Positions 30,243 through 42,594 of a stretch of 64,000 nucleotides of DNA are shown here, one piece after another. The notes below the pieces were generated by a model, which saw nothing but the letters and a program-made list of their open reading frames with translations, made no database searches and was not told the origin of the DNA. Numbering within the stretch: the stretch's first letter is position 1; every line of letters begins with the position of its first letter. The position numbers were made by a program, and so were the translations under genes. Source of the DNA: a bacterium (GTDB lineage Bacteria > Patescibacteriota > Minisyncoccia > Phycocordibacterales > CAIZLB01); contig JBAXXP010000001.1 in the NCBI GenBank assembly GCA_037127815.1, positions 232,174-296,173 on the forward strand, in the 5' to 3' direction.

Positions 30243-30280
30243 GACCGCTCTCTTGAAACGAGAGCGGTCTTTCATTTTGA
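30243..30280 (+). terminator. Strong hairpin GACCGCTCTC-TTGAAAC-GAGAGCGGTC followed by TTTCATTTTG, about 75 nt downstream of the rRNA promoter (terminator/attenuator-like leader element)
   Basis: Direct reading of a perfect 10-bp GC-rich stem plus U-rich tail. Confidence 0.5.
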
Positions 30281-31128
30281 AAAATCGCTCAACTTCAAGA
30301 AACGACGAACTCAGCATTCCTGAAATTTGAAAATTAAATTCTGTACCAGTTTTAGTGGATAACATTCATGTAGTTTAGGCCATGTGGCCGATGCTACCTG
30401 ATACGTATTCTGTTTGGTCTTTTCAATACTGGAGACAGAGCTCCATGAAGTACTACTTTAAGGGTAATGCTGCATGGGGTCGTTATCGTACTTACTCTCA
30501 AGGAGTATGATAACAAAACAGGTAACAAACAAAAGTGATTGTGGTCTTTTTATTTCCTAATAGGAAATATAAGGGCGTATGGTGGATGCCTTGACACAAC
30601 ATAGCGATGAAGGACGCAGCATGGCGGCGATACGCTTCGGGGAGGTGCCTAGCAACCTTTGATCCGGAGATTTCCGAATGGGGAAACCCAAGAGACTTGA
30701 TCTCTTATCTTACTTTTAAGTAAGGTGCGCACCCAGTGAAGTAAAACATTCTAGTAACTGGAGGAAAAGAAAACAAGTACGTAAGTACACAATTTCGTAA
30801 ATAGCGGCGAGCGAAAACGAAATAGCCCAAACCAGACTTCCACATTGGGGATGACATTTTATCGGTTCTTTAATTTATTAGGGAACTATCATTATGCTGT
30901 CTCCTATGTGGCAGTCTGGGGTTGTAAGATAATAATAGGATATTTATATCCAAAGAGTTACAAAATTTTTTGTTAACAGAACGCGTTGGGAAGCGCGACC
31001 AAAGAGGGTGACAGTCCCGTATGTGAAAATAAAAAATCTCTTCTTTATTACTCTTGAGTACCCCGAGACACGAGTGGCTCGGGGGAATCCAGCAGAACTA
31101 ACTGCTAAGGCTAAATATATGTTGTGAT

Positions 31129-31165
<37 letters not shown>

Positions 31166-32591
31166 CAGTCCGATGAGGACAGTGAAATAGACCTGAAACC
31201 ATATGCCTACAAGGAGTCAGAGCGGACGTATTTATACGATCCGTCATGGCGTGCCTATTGAAGAATGAGCCAACGAGTTAATATGTATTGCTCGGCTAAA
31301 TCCGCGAGGATGGAGCCATAGGGAAACCGAGTATTAATAGTGCGTCCGTATTACATATTAGACCCGAAGCCAATGCGAGCTATCCCTGGTCAGGCTGAAC
31401 TTTGTCGAAAGACAAAGGGAGGGCCGAACCCGTATGTCGTTCAACTCATTGGGATGAACTGGGGATAGAAGTGAAAAGCTAATCGAGCTTGGTAATAGCT
31501 GGTTCTCTCCGAAATAGCTTTTGGGTTAGCGTCGTGTGTTCCTCTTGGGGGTAGAGCACTGGAAGGACTCGACAGGGAGAAATCTCGCGAGTCCTATCAA
31601 ACTCCGAATACCAAGAACTAAAGCACGGCAGTTAGTCCGTGGGGGCTAAGCTCCACAGGACAAAAGGGAAACAGCCCTAGATCCATATTTAAGGTCCCTA
31701 AATCTATACTAAGTGCACTTAAGGTGGTGGAATTTCTGAGACAATGAGGAGGTTTGCTTAGAAGCAGCAATCCTTGAAAGATAGCGTAATAGCTCACTCA
31801 TCGAGAGATTCTGCGCCGCAGATTCGCGGGGCTAAAGTATAGTACCGAAACTTGGGGTGTCCTACTGCTTCGGCGGTAGGGCGCGGTAGGAGAGTGTTCT
31901 TGTCTGCGATGAAGGGGAAGAGGTGACTCACCCTGGAGCGTCAAGAAGTAAGAATGTTGGCACAAGTAACCACAATCGGAGTGAAAAACTCCGACGCCGA
32001 AAGAACAAGGTTTCCTTCGCAATGATTGTCATCGAAGGGTTAGTCGGGCCTAAGGGGATGGTGAGAACCGAACCCGACGGACACATGGTTAATATTCCAT
32101 GACTTCTGTATACAGTGATGAAATGACGGAGTGTAGTATGAACAGCGCATAATCGGATTTGTGTCCATGCTTTAAGGAAGTTCTCTAGGTAAGTCCGGAG
32201 AGCTGATTTTAATATCAATTCCAAATAGAGTGGAGACGTTAGGGGTTCGCCTCTAAATAATTGTTCAAAGCACGCTTCCAAGAAAATTTTCTAAACTTAT
32301 GTATGCGGAAACCGTACCGAAAACCGACACAGGTGTTCAGGTCGAGTAGACCAAGGCGAACGGGTGAGAGGTCTTCAAGGAACTCGGCAAAAAAGCAGCC
32401 GTAACTTCGGAATAAGGCTCGCCCTCCCTAAAAAGAGGGTTGCAACAAAAGTATCCCTGGCAACTGTTTATCAAAAACACAGCTCCCTGCGAACTCGTAA
32501 GAGTATGTATAGGGGGTGACACCTGACCGATGCCAGAAGGTTAAACGTTGAGGGTACTATCGCAAGGTAGTGCTGATTGATGTAAGCCCTG

Positions 32592-32626
<35 letters not shown>

Positions 32627-32987
32627 TCAGCATTTGTTTTTATTAATGAATGCTGAAGAACTAGGACTGTTCATAGATGTGTTGATAAATAATGAAGAAC
32701 CAAAGAATGCAAAGGAAAATTAGAGCTGCCTGTTTCAGTAAAATGAAGCGTTCAGACTGACTATATGCTGGTAAATCTGTGTGTGAAAAACACTGTAGTA
32801 TCTAACACTACTAAGTTATAAAATTCGAAAGAAAATTATTTCAAGTAAAAATGTGATTAGTGCAGACGATCAGCAGGAAAGACTAAAAAGTAATTTTTAG
32901 AATCCTCAGAAACCAAACGTCAGACTAAATAGTAATATTTAGAAGATAGAGTTCGATCTTTATAGCGATATAAAGTTAACATAAATT
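32627..32987 (+). mobile_element. Group I intron in 23S rRNA at the position equivalent to E. coli about 1931 (between CCUAAGGU and AGCGAAAUUCC); no ORF
   Basis: 361-nt insertion splitting a universally conserved 23S block. Contains group I core elements (CAGACTAAATA R-like, AGAAGATAGAGTTCGATC S-like). Boundaries +/- 2 nt. Confidence 0.7.
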
Positions 32988-33316
32988 AGCGAAATTCCTT
33001 GTCAGGTAAGTTCTGACGCGCACGAATGGTGTAATGACTGGGGAACTGTCTCGAAGACCCGCCCGGTGAAAATGCAATGGAGGTGAAGATGCCTCCTACC
33101 TGCAGCTAGACGAAAAGACCCCAGAAGCTTCACTGCAACTTGATATTGATTGTATGTTTTTACTGCGTAGAATAGATGGGAGAGGTTGAGATCCTGATTT
33201 CGGTTAGGGTGGACTCGTCAGTGAAATACCATTCTTTAAAAATATACATTCTAACCTCGACGGAAAAAACGTCGAGAGACAGTATCTGGTGGGCAGTTTT
33301 AGTGGGGCGCTATCCT

Positions 33317-33680
33317 CGAGGGTTTAAATTAATTTTTGAATCCTCGAACTATGGCGCCTCCAGAGATTTGTCATCTCGAAACAAATAAAAAAGGGGGACT
33401 GTAATAAGTAATTATTATTAGAAAAGTTAGTTATATGCTGGAAAATCTGTGTCTTCAATGACTTAGAATGCAAGCTACCTATTAATTTAGGTAACAATGT
33501 TTGCATGCAGACTATCAGCAGGAAAGATTTCTATCACAAAAAGTAAAATTGATGTAATAGAGAAATCCTCAGAGACTATACGCTAACCGTCCAGTAAAAT
33601 GGATGATGATATAGTCCGATCTTTATAGCGATATAAAGCTTACTGAAAAGTAAGGCTTAGTAAAATAAGTAACATAAATG
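33317..33680 (+). mobile_element. Group I intron in 23S rRNA inserted just 3' of the P-loop block (GGGGCGCUAUCCU | CCUAAAAAGUAACGGAGG; E. coli about 2260s); no ORF
   Basis: 364-nt insertion; 5' exon ends in U and intron ends in G. Shares core elements with intron 1 (TATATGCTGG-AAATCTGTGT, ATCAGCAGGAAAGA, GATGATATAGTCCGATC, AACATAAAT). Confidence 0.7.
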
Positions 33681-34066
33681 CCTAAAAAGTAACGGAGGAG
33701 TCTATTAAGGTCAGCTAGGCGCGAATGGAAACCGTGCCGATAGTGCAATGGCATAAGCTGGCTTGACTGTGAGGCGTAAGTGCCAAACAGACGCGAAAGC
33801 GGAGCATAGTGAACCGAGGGTCCGCATTAGATGCGGCCAAAGATTATCTGACAAAAGCTACTCTGGGGATAACAGGCTGGTTGTGCCTAAGCGTCCATAG
33901 CGACGGCACAGTTCGGCACCTCGATGTCGGCTCGACTTATCCTGGGGGTGAAGAAGCTCCCAAGGGTATGGCTGTTCGCCATTTAAAAAGTCACGCGAGC
34001 TGGGTTCAGACCGTCGTAAGACAGGTTGGTCTCCTATCTGCTGCAGGCGTTGATACTTGAGAGGAA

Positions 34067-34097
<31 letters not shown>

Positions 34098-34413
34098 TGA
34101 TCTCTGGTGTACCAGTTGTCTTGCCAAAGGCATCGCTGGGTAGCTATATCGGGAATGGATAAGCTCTGAAAGCATCTAAGAGCGAAGCCAACCTCAAGAT
34201 AAGGTATCGTTTGAGATCCGTGAGAGATTATCACGTTGATAGGCACTAAGTATAAGCATAGTAATATGTTCAGCTGAGGTGTACTAATAAATCGATTCTT
34301 ATTAGGAAATATGAAGATTCACGATCACTTTTGTTTGTGACCTAAATTACAAAATAATAATTCTGCAAGTTTTATTATAGAACCATGAAAAGACCTTTAA
34401 ATTGACCGTTTCG

Positions 34414-34523
34414 TTCTGGTGACTCGTCGGAGGGGCCACACCTGATCTCATTCCGAACTCAGAAGTTAAGACCTCCAGAGGCGATGATACTCACTTGTTG
34501 GGGAAAGTAGCTCGTCGCCAGAA
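34414..34523 (+). rRNA. rrf: 5S ribosomal RNA
   Basis: CCACACCTGATCTCATTCCGAACTCAGAAGTTAAG ... terminal helix TTCTGGTGAC / GTCGCCAGAA. Confidence 0.85.
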
Positions 34524-34637
34524 CATAGCGGTTAATTTAAATATTAAAAGAACTAGCCCATGAAATGAAAATTTTGTGGGTGTTTTTTTGTATTAATTTT
34601 GTATTTCTTCTGTATTGCTTTGTTGCTCATCTCAAAA

Positions 34638-34733
34638 AGATAAACACAAGCTATTTAGAGACTAGTGAGTTGCAACGAACTGAGAGGATTTTCAGCAGAA
34701 AATCATCGTACTCTAAATAGCTTGTGTTTATCT
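34638..34733. repeat. Perfect 23-bp inverted repeat (AGATAAACACAAGCTATTTAGAG ... CTCTAAATAGCTTGTGTTTATCT) separated by 50 nt containing a nested hairpin
   Basis: Direct reading; lies 115 nt downstream of 5S and 28 nt upstream of ATG 34762. Confidence 0.8.
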
Positions 34734-34761
34734 TTGTTACTAACTCTGCTAGAATGTATTT

Positions 34762-35517
34762 ATGAACTGGTCTATTCAAAAACAACTTATTTACGGTATT
34801 ACATTTGTAATGATTTTATCAGCACTAATTGGCTTACCATTGTATTTTAACTTCTTTAATAAGTCACCAACTTGTTTTGATAATAAGCGGAATCAGGATG
34901 AGACTGGAGTTGACTGTGGAGGTATTTGTACAAAGGCCTGCACAGCAGATGTAATTGGAACACCGTTGCTTTTGTGGTCTAGAGCTTTTACAATTGCTAA
35001 TGGAAAAAATAATTTAGTTGCGTATCTTCAAAATCCAAATCTAAATTACATTTCAGAGCCTTTTTCTTATGTATTTAATGTTTTTGATGATAACAATATT
35101 TTACTTGGAACAAGGGAGGGTGTTGTAAGTGCTACGAATGAGAAAAATTTTGTTGTCTTTGAACAAGCTTTTGATGCTGGGCAAAGAAAAATTGGTAAGG
35201 TTATTTTTGAGATAACATCTCCTGTTACATGGATCAGAAAACCATCAGAAAAGGCAAAGGTCACAGTATCATCGGATCAAATAATTTCTGTAGCTGGTAT
35301 ACCAACATTGACTTCAACGATTACTAATACAACAGTAAAAACGTACACTAATTTTTATGTTGTCGCAATTGTATATGATGTAGATGGAAATGCTAAGGTG
35401 GTATCAAGAACATTAGTCGATGAATTGAGAGGAAACGGAAAGGCTGATGTTGTGTTTACGTGGCCATATCTAACAGATTTAAAGTATTCTAAAATAGAAC
35501 TGTTGCCAAAGATCTAG
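34762..35517 (+). CDS. Hypothetical membrane-anchored protein with Cys-rich segment (CFDNKRNQDETGVDCGGIC)
   Basis: N-terminal TM helix; no catalytic motifs; precedes SEDS gene. Confidence 0.45.
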   Translation: MNWSIQKQLIYGITFVMILSALIGLPLYFNFFNKSPTCFDNKRNQDETGVDCGGICTKACTADVIGTPLLLWSRAFTIANGKNNLVAYLQNPNLNYISEPFSYVFNVFDDNNILLGTREGVVSATNEKNFVVFEQAFDAGQRKIGKVIFEITSPVTWIRKPSEKAKVTVSSDQIISVAGIPTLTSTITNTTVKTYTNFYVVAIVYDVDGNAKVVSRTLVDELRGNGKADVVFTWPYLTDLKYSKIELLPKI

Positions 35518-35565
35518 TTTTCAAACTTATAGAAATTAAATATTCTACAAATAACCTTTATTAAA

Positions 35566-36708
35566 ATGATTGTGATAGATGAAATATTATCCTCAAAGAA
35601 AAAATGGCGCCCAGATCTCTATATTTTAGGCGCTGTATTGCCAATATTAGGAGCGGGGCTTATAACAATGAAATCTTTTGTTGGCAGCAGTGATTATTTT
35701 GGTAGACAATTAGTTTGGATAATTGTTGCGTTAATGGCTTTTTTTGTATCAAGTAAAATAGATTTTAGAGTATTAAAGCGAACTTCAGTAATTGTTGTTT
35801 TATACGGCTTGTCTACATTAATGCTTGTTGCGCTGTTTGTTTTTGGATCTATTTCAAACGGAGCAAAAAGTTGGATAAATGTTGGGCTTTTTTCTATTCA
35901 ACCATCTGATCCCGCAAAATTAATTCTAATATTGCTACTAGCTAAGTATTTTTCTAGACGTCATATGGAAATTGCAAATATACGCCATATAATTGTTTCT
36001 GGGGCCTATACTTTTATTGTTTTCATTTTGGTGGCACTGCATCCAGACTTAGGTTCTGCTATTACAATTTTTGCAATTTGGTTTGGAATGGTTCTATTTT
36101 CTGGTATTTCAAAGAAACACCTCGCTATAGTTTTTTTAAGTGGTTCATTGGTATTTTTTGGGGCTTGGAATCTGGTTTTCAAGGAGTATCAAAAAAATAG
36201 AATCATTAACTTCATCACTCCCTCGGCTGATGTTAGGGGTAGTGGATATAATGCAAGACAAGCGATGATAACCGTTGGTTCTGGTGAATTATTTGGGCGT
36301 GGAATTGGCTATGGTACTCAATCAAGACTACAGTTCCTTCCTGAATATCAAACAGACTTTGTTTTTGCAGCTTTTGCAGAAGAATGGGGTTTTGTAGGTG
36401 TAATAATTCTAATGAGTTTATTTGCATTAATTATTGCCAGAATTTTATATATAGCTTCAAAAGGGGAGACAAACTTTGAGATATTATTTGGGGTTGGGCT
36501 CGCTATATTCTTTATGTCGCACTTAATAATTAATATAGGAATGAACATTGGCCTCATGCCGGTAACTGGTATTCCAGTTCCATTTATGAGTTATGGTGGG
36601 TCTCACTTGGTTACAGAATTTGTTGGTTTAGGTCTTTTGATGTCCATGAGGAAGTATTCTAGGCCTATACATAAGGACAGAACCAATAATGAGTTTCTGG
36701 GATACTAG
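35566..36708 (+). CDS. SEDS-family peptidoglycan glycosyltransferase (FtsW/RodA/SpoVE)
   Basis: Multi-TM; TDFVFAAFAEEWGFVG and PFMSYGGSHL motifs. Confidence 0.75.
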   Translation: MIVIDEILSSKKKWRPDLYILGAVLPILGAGLITMKSFVGSSDYFGRQLVWIIVALMAFFVSSKIDFRVLKRTSVIVVLYGLSTLMLVALFVFGSISNGAKSWINVGLFSIQPSDPAKLILILLLAKYFSRRHMEIANIRHIIVSGAYTFIVFILVALHPDLGSAITIFAIWFGMVLFSGISKKHLAIVFLSGSLVFFGAWNLVFKEYQKNRIINFITPSADVRGSGYNARQAMITVGSGELFGRGIGYGTQSRLQFLPEYQTDFVFAAFAEEWGFVGVIILMSLFALIIARILYIASKGETNFEILFGVGLAIFFMSHLIINIGMNIGLMPVTGIPVPFMSYGGSHLVTEFVGLGLLMSMRKYSRPIHKDRTNNEFLGY

Positions 36709-36847
36709 GCTTTCTGCTTTTTTTGTGTTCCATATCAATCTGTTCTTTACAGAGCTTTTGTTTTTATAATATATTTTATAACACTTCTATTGGCATAATG
36801 TACACCCTTGTCACAATTCTTTAAGTGAGTATAATTGGCGTTATCAT

Positions 36848-38347
36848 ATGAAAAAAGTCAGAATTAGCGCAATCTTACTGCTTATCTTCGGATTCGCAGT
36901 ACTAGGATTTGATTATTATTCACAAGTTCCGGGCCAAGGATTTATTTCTAATTTTCCTTTTAAACTTGGCTTAGATCTTAGCGGTGGATCACACTTGGTT
37001 TATCAAGCAGACCTTCAAAAATCTGGCTCCGTTGGGGGTGTTAAGGATGTTGATGGAGCAATGGAAAGTCTAAGGGGGGTTATTGAATCAAGAATTAACG
37101 CCTTTGGAGTTTCAGAGCCTATCATTCAAACAGAAAAATCTACAATTAACGGGCAAGAAGTTCGTAAATTAGTTGTAGAGCTTCCTGGTGTAACAGACCT
37201 GAAGAGTGCTATTGATACAATAGGAAAGACTCCAGTTCTTGAATTTAAGATTCAAAAAGAGGGGGTGGGAGAAGCTGATCTTACAAAAGCTACAGAGCTA
37301 CAAAAAGCCCTTAACGAGCTATCTACATCATCTAGCGCTTCAGCTGTAGCTTCAGCAAATGCTGTTGATGCAACAAGCTCATTAATTTCACTATTAACAT
37401 CAACAAGTACAAATAACCAAACAGCTAAAGCAACATCAACTGTTGCTGCTACAGTAGACTATTCAAAGCTATATGATGACGTTGGACTAACAGGTCAATA
37501 CCTTAAATCAGCGCAAGTACAATTTGATACAAACACAAGACAACCTCTTGTTGCAATTTCTTTTGATGAAACAGGAAAGGCAAAGTTTGCAGAGGTTACT
37601 GGAAAAAACATCGGAAAGATTTTAGCTATTTTCCTAGACGGAAAGCCAATTTCTACTCCAGTAATTAGAGATCAAATCAAGGATGGAAGCGCTGTGATTT
37701 CAGGAAACTTTACTCCAGAGGAGGCAAAGTCACTTGCTAGAGACCTAAGATATGGTGCTCTACCTGTTCCTATAACACTTATTGGAACTCAATCAATTGG
37801 TGCTTCTCTTGGTGAAAACGCACTTAAGGCTAGTGTTGATGCAGGACTTTGGGGATTCCTTATTATCGCAATATTCCTATTGCTATGGTATAGACTTCCT
37901 GGTCTTGTAGCTATTGTTTCATTATCAATGTATACAATATTCATGCTAGCAATATTTAAGATGATTCCGGTTGTTCTAACTTCAGCTGGACTTGCTGCCT
38001 TTATTCTATCTATTGGTATGGCGGTTGATGGAAATATTCTAATCTTTGAAAGAATGAGAGAAGAACTTGCAAAAGGCCACTCTCTTGAAGATGGTATAAG
38101 AGAAGGTTTTGCGCGCGCATGGCTTTCAATTAGAGATTCAAACTTATCAAGTATTATTACTGCTGTTATTCTTTATTTCTTTGCAACATCTGCATTAATT
38201 AAAGGTTTTGCATTAGTATTCTTAATTGGTGTGTTGGTTTCAATGTTTACAGCTATTACAATTTCAAGAACTTTCCTTCTTGCACTTGGTGTTAAGAAAC
38301 ACAAGGGAATTGTAAAGTTTTTATTCAGTAATGGCCTAAGACGCTAA
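36848..38347 (+). CDS. secD: Protein translocase subunit SecD
   Basis: LGLDLSGGSHLVYQAD motif, periplasmic domain, C-terminal 6-TM block. Confidence 0.85.
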   Translation: MKKVRISAILLLIFGFAVLGFDYYSQVPGQGFISNFPFKLGLDLSGGSHLVYQADLQKSGSVGGVKDVDGAMESLRGVIESRINAFGVSEPIIQTEKSTINGQEVRKLVVELPGVTDLKSAIDTIGKTPVLEFKIQKEGVGEADLTKATELQKALNELSTSSSASAVASANAVDATSSLISLLTSTSTNNQTAKATSTVAATVDYSKLYDDVGLTGQYLKSAQVQFDTNTRQPLVAISFDETGKAKFAEVTGKNIGKILAIFLDGKPISTPVIRDQIKDGSAVISGNFTPEEAKSLARDLRYGALPVPITLIGTQSIGASLGENALKASVDAGLWGFLIIAIFLLLWYRLPGLVAIVSLSMYTIFMLAIFKMIPVVLTSAGLAAFILSIGMAVDGNILIFERMREELAKGHSLEDGIREGFARAWLSIRDSNLSSIITAVILYFFATSALIKGFALVFLIGVLVSMFTAITISRTFLLALGVKKHKGIVKFLFSNGLRR

Positions 38348-38370
38348 TTTAAAAGACTAAAAATAATATT

Positions 38371-39351
38371 ATGTTTGTAGTTAAATACAGAAAAATTTTT
38401 TACACGTTATCAATACTCCTAGTATTATTCTCTATATTTTCAATTTCAAAATATGGACTAAATTACGGAATTGATTTCAAAGGTGGTTCAATTATTGAAG
38501 TTGAATACAAGGGCGCAAAACCATCTCATGATGAGATTACATCAATTGTTAAAAATGCTGGTGTCACAAGTGAAATAGTTGTAAGACCAACGGGGGATAT
38601 GGGTTATATTATTAGAACTGCCGATTTAGCATCTAGTACAATTGATTCAGTTACAGCGAGTCTAAAGACTGGAGTTGCTGGAACATCAACAGCCACAACT
38701 TCTGCTGTTGCCGCTTTTTCAGATTCAAATAACTCTGGTGTAGCAACATCAACAGCCATTAAAGGAGAAATAAAAAGAATGGATACAGTAGGACCGATTC
38801 TTGGTCAAGAGCTTCAATCAAAGGCTTGGACTTCAATTCTTTTTGTTATACTTGCGATTGTTTTGTTCATCACATTTGCATTTAGACATGTTTCAAAGCC
38901 TGTCTCATCATGGAAATATGGGCTGTCAGCCGTTATTGCACTTGCTCATGACGTATTGGTTCCAACTGGAATCTACGTGTTCCTAGGAAGGAATGGAGGC
39001 TTTGAAATCGACGCACTCTTTGTCACTGCTATTCTTGTTATACTTGGATTCTCAGTTCACGATACAATTGTTGTGTTTGATAGAACAAGAGAGAACCTAA
39101 AGCTAGATGATCATCATAAGGATGCATTTGATAAAACTGTTGGAAAGAGTATTAGTCAAACATTCACTAGATCTATAAACACTTCATTGGTTACAGTGCT
39201 AGCGTTGGTTGCTCTATATATCTTTGGGGCTGAGGCAACTAGAAACTTCTCATTGATATTGATTATTGGTATTGTTTTGGGAACATACTCATCAGTATTT
39301 CTAGGATCTCCACTTTTGGTTACTTTTTGGAAGGGACAAAAGAATAACTAG
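38371..39351 (+). CDS. secF: Protein translocase subunit SecF
   Basis: YGLNYGIDFKGGSIIEVEY motif and C-terminal TM block; adjacent to secD. Confidence 0.85.
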   Translation: MFVVKYRKIFYTLSILLVLFSIFSISKYGLNYGIDFKGGSIIEVEYKGAKPSHDEITSIVKNAGVTSEIVVRPTGDMGYIIRTADLASSTIDSVTASLKTGVAGTSTATTSAVAAFSDSNNSGVATSTAIKGEIKRMDTVGPILGQELQSKAWTSILFVILAIVLFITFAFRHVSKPVSSWKYGLSAVIALAHDVLVPTGIYVFLGRNGGFEIDALFVTAILVILGFSVHDTIVVFDRTRENLKLDDHHKDAFDKTVGKSISQTFTRSINTSLVTVLALVALYIFGAEATRNFSLILIIGIVLGTYSSVFLGSPLLVTFWKGQKNN

Positions 39352-39492
39352 TCTATTGAGCATGGGGCATTAGATTGCGGTCAGGTAATAGATTAGAAGA
39401 CAAACTGAGGTCAGACAATAGAAGATATGGTATAATCGTAAACATCAAACAATTAGTTTGGTGTTTATTGTTTTAATTTAACTAAAGTACCG

Positions 39493-40215
39493 ATGAATAA
39501 AATATCAGTTAAGATCTCATGGAAATCCGGTTTAGAGACATTCAAGAAAAATTGGCAAATTCTAATATATGCAGTAGCTGTACCGTTCCTTGTTGGTGTG
39601 GTTATGGACGAAGCTTTTAAAATTAATGATATGAAGAAGTTGGTAACTGAGTCTTTATATCCCTTGTTTGGGACTAAGGCTTTATACCCCTTAATGCTGC
39701 TTATTTTATACTATGTAGTCAAGTTTTTGATGCAGGTATTATTTAATGCAGGTCAAACAAAGATAAAACTAGATTCTATTGAAGGCAGTGAGACAAAATT
39801 TTCTGACCTATTCAATTCCCAGGGTGTATATTTGAGACTTATAGCTGTCACCGTGATTTATTCGCTTGCAGTCCTAGGGGGTATGATATTATTGATTATT
39901 CCGGGAATATACATAGCTATAAGATATTGTTTTGCTTCCACATTGATTGTAGACAAGAAGATGGGGATAGGGGAGGCTTTTGCTAAATCAAGAGCGATGA
40001 CTGAGGGGAAAATGGTGGAATTATTTCTGTTTTTCATATTGTCTGGCCTCCTAGTTCTATCTGGTCTAATTGCCTTGGGAGTCGGAATTGTTGTAACCTT
40101 TATAATCTTTGAGCTAGCATTCCTTCATTTATATAAATCTCTACTTAATCAATCTGAAGAGCAAGTGAGTGGTGGTCAAATGGAAATCGAGGAAATTTCA
40201 ACTTTAGAGCAGTAA
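39493..40215 (+). CDS. Hypothetical polytopic membrane protein
   Basis: Several hydrophobic helices; no motifs recognised. Confidence 0.4.
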   Translation: MNKISVKISWKSGLETFKKNWQILIYAVAVPFLVGVVMDEAFKINDMKKLVTESLYPLFGTKALYPLMLLILYYVVKFLMQVLFNAGQTKIKLDSIEGSETKFSDLFNSQGVYLRLIAVTVIYSLAVLGGMILLIIPGIYIAIRYCFASTLIVDKKMGIGEAFAKSRAMTEGKMVELFLFFILSGLLVLSGLIALGVGIVVTFIIFELAFLHLYKSLLNQSEEQVSGGQMEIEEISTLEQ

Positions 40216-40386
40216 TTATCTCGTAAAATTAGGTAAAATTATAAGAATTAGAAAATTGGTAGATTTTAAATTGAAAAAAGTGGAAAAAATTAGGTCATTC
40301 CATCTTTAAAATATCGTTATTTGTAGGGCTATAAGTGATATTTTAGGCTTAAAAAAAGGTTCTACATAAAGTCCATCCAAAAAGAC

Positions 40387-40414
40387 TTGACGGCAAGCGT
40401 TTTATGGCTATAAT
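40387..40414 (+). promoter_or_regulatory. Sigma70-like promoter TTGACG-16-TATAAT, putative 16S rRNA promoter
   Basis: Near-consensus hexamers about 190 nt upstream of 16S; discriminator TACGAC identical to the 23S promoter. Confidence 0.6.
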
Positions 40415-40602
40415 TACGACCACGCCACTGATGATTTTCACAAATCATTTGATTAAATCGCAGGGGGCCGTCCTAGGAATCTCCCAGGAATATTGAGTTA
40501 GGTAAAACTAATAAAATATTTCAGGCATTTCTAAAGACATCTTTGACAACTAAATGACAACCAACAAACGTCCTTTTTTTTGTTCTGTTTGAGTTTAATT
40601 TT

Positions 40603-42062
<1,460 letters not shown>

Positions 42063-42424
42063 GAACAATTCAATTTGAAAAATGCGTACATGAATTTCAT
42101 GTATTAGCTGAATACGGTTGATCGAACTTAATTTATTAAGCTCAATGAGATTATGCCTCGAGAATGCATAAGGAAGGTATAACCTAAATATACTGCCTCC
42201 TGGGAACAAGGCCAGGCCAAACAGAACAATAATAAGGACGGTTGAGGTTGTCATTTAGTCGCCAAAGTACATATTTTATATGATAAAAGTACTCCGCAAG
42301 CGGGGTTTTTTTATTGCTTTGTTTTTCTTAAAATAGTCTTTAAAATAGACTTGTTTTTAATGGGATAATTTGATACATTATAAACCACAAACAGCAAAGG
42401 TTTGACAAGTCTGTTTGTAAGAAT

Positions 42425-42498
42425 GCGTGTGTAGCTCAGCTGGTTAGAGCACTTCACTGATAATGAAGAGGCCGCAGGTTCGAGTCCTGCCACACGCA
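42425..42498 (+). tRNA. tRNA-Ile (anticodon GAU)
   Basis: GCGTGTGTAGCTCAGCTGGTTAGAGCACTTCACTGATAATGAAGAGGCCGCAGGTTCGAGTCCTGCCACACGCA; cloverleaf with CUGAUAA anticodon loop. Confidence 0.85.
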
Positions 42499-42594
42499 CA
42501 AAGTAAGTCTCAAGTTTGAATCTATAAGTTATAAAATCTGCAGGGTAACCTGTGGATTTTTTAATTGATTTTTGCAATATACCATATATGATAT

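Noticed and set aside
30276-30555. Possible tRNA or small RNA in the 280-nt region upstream of 23S
   Set aside because: There is no cloverleaf or T-loop (GTTCRANYC) signature. The region pairs with the 23S 3' flank (30529-30544 with 34320-34334), as expected for an RNase III processing stem.
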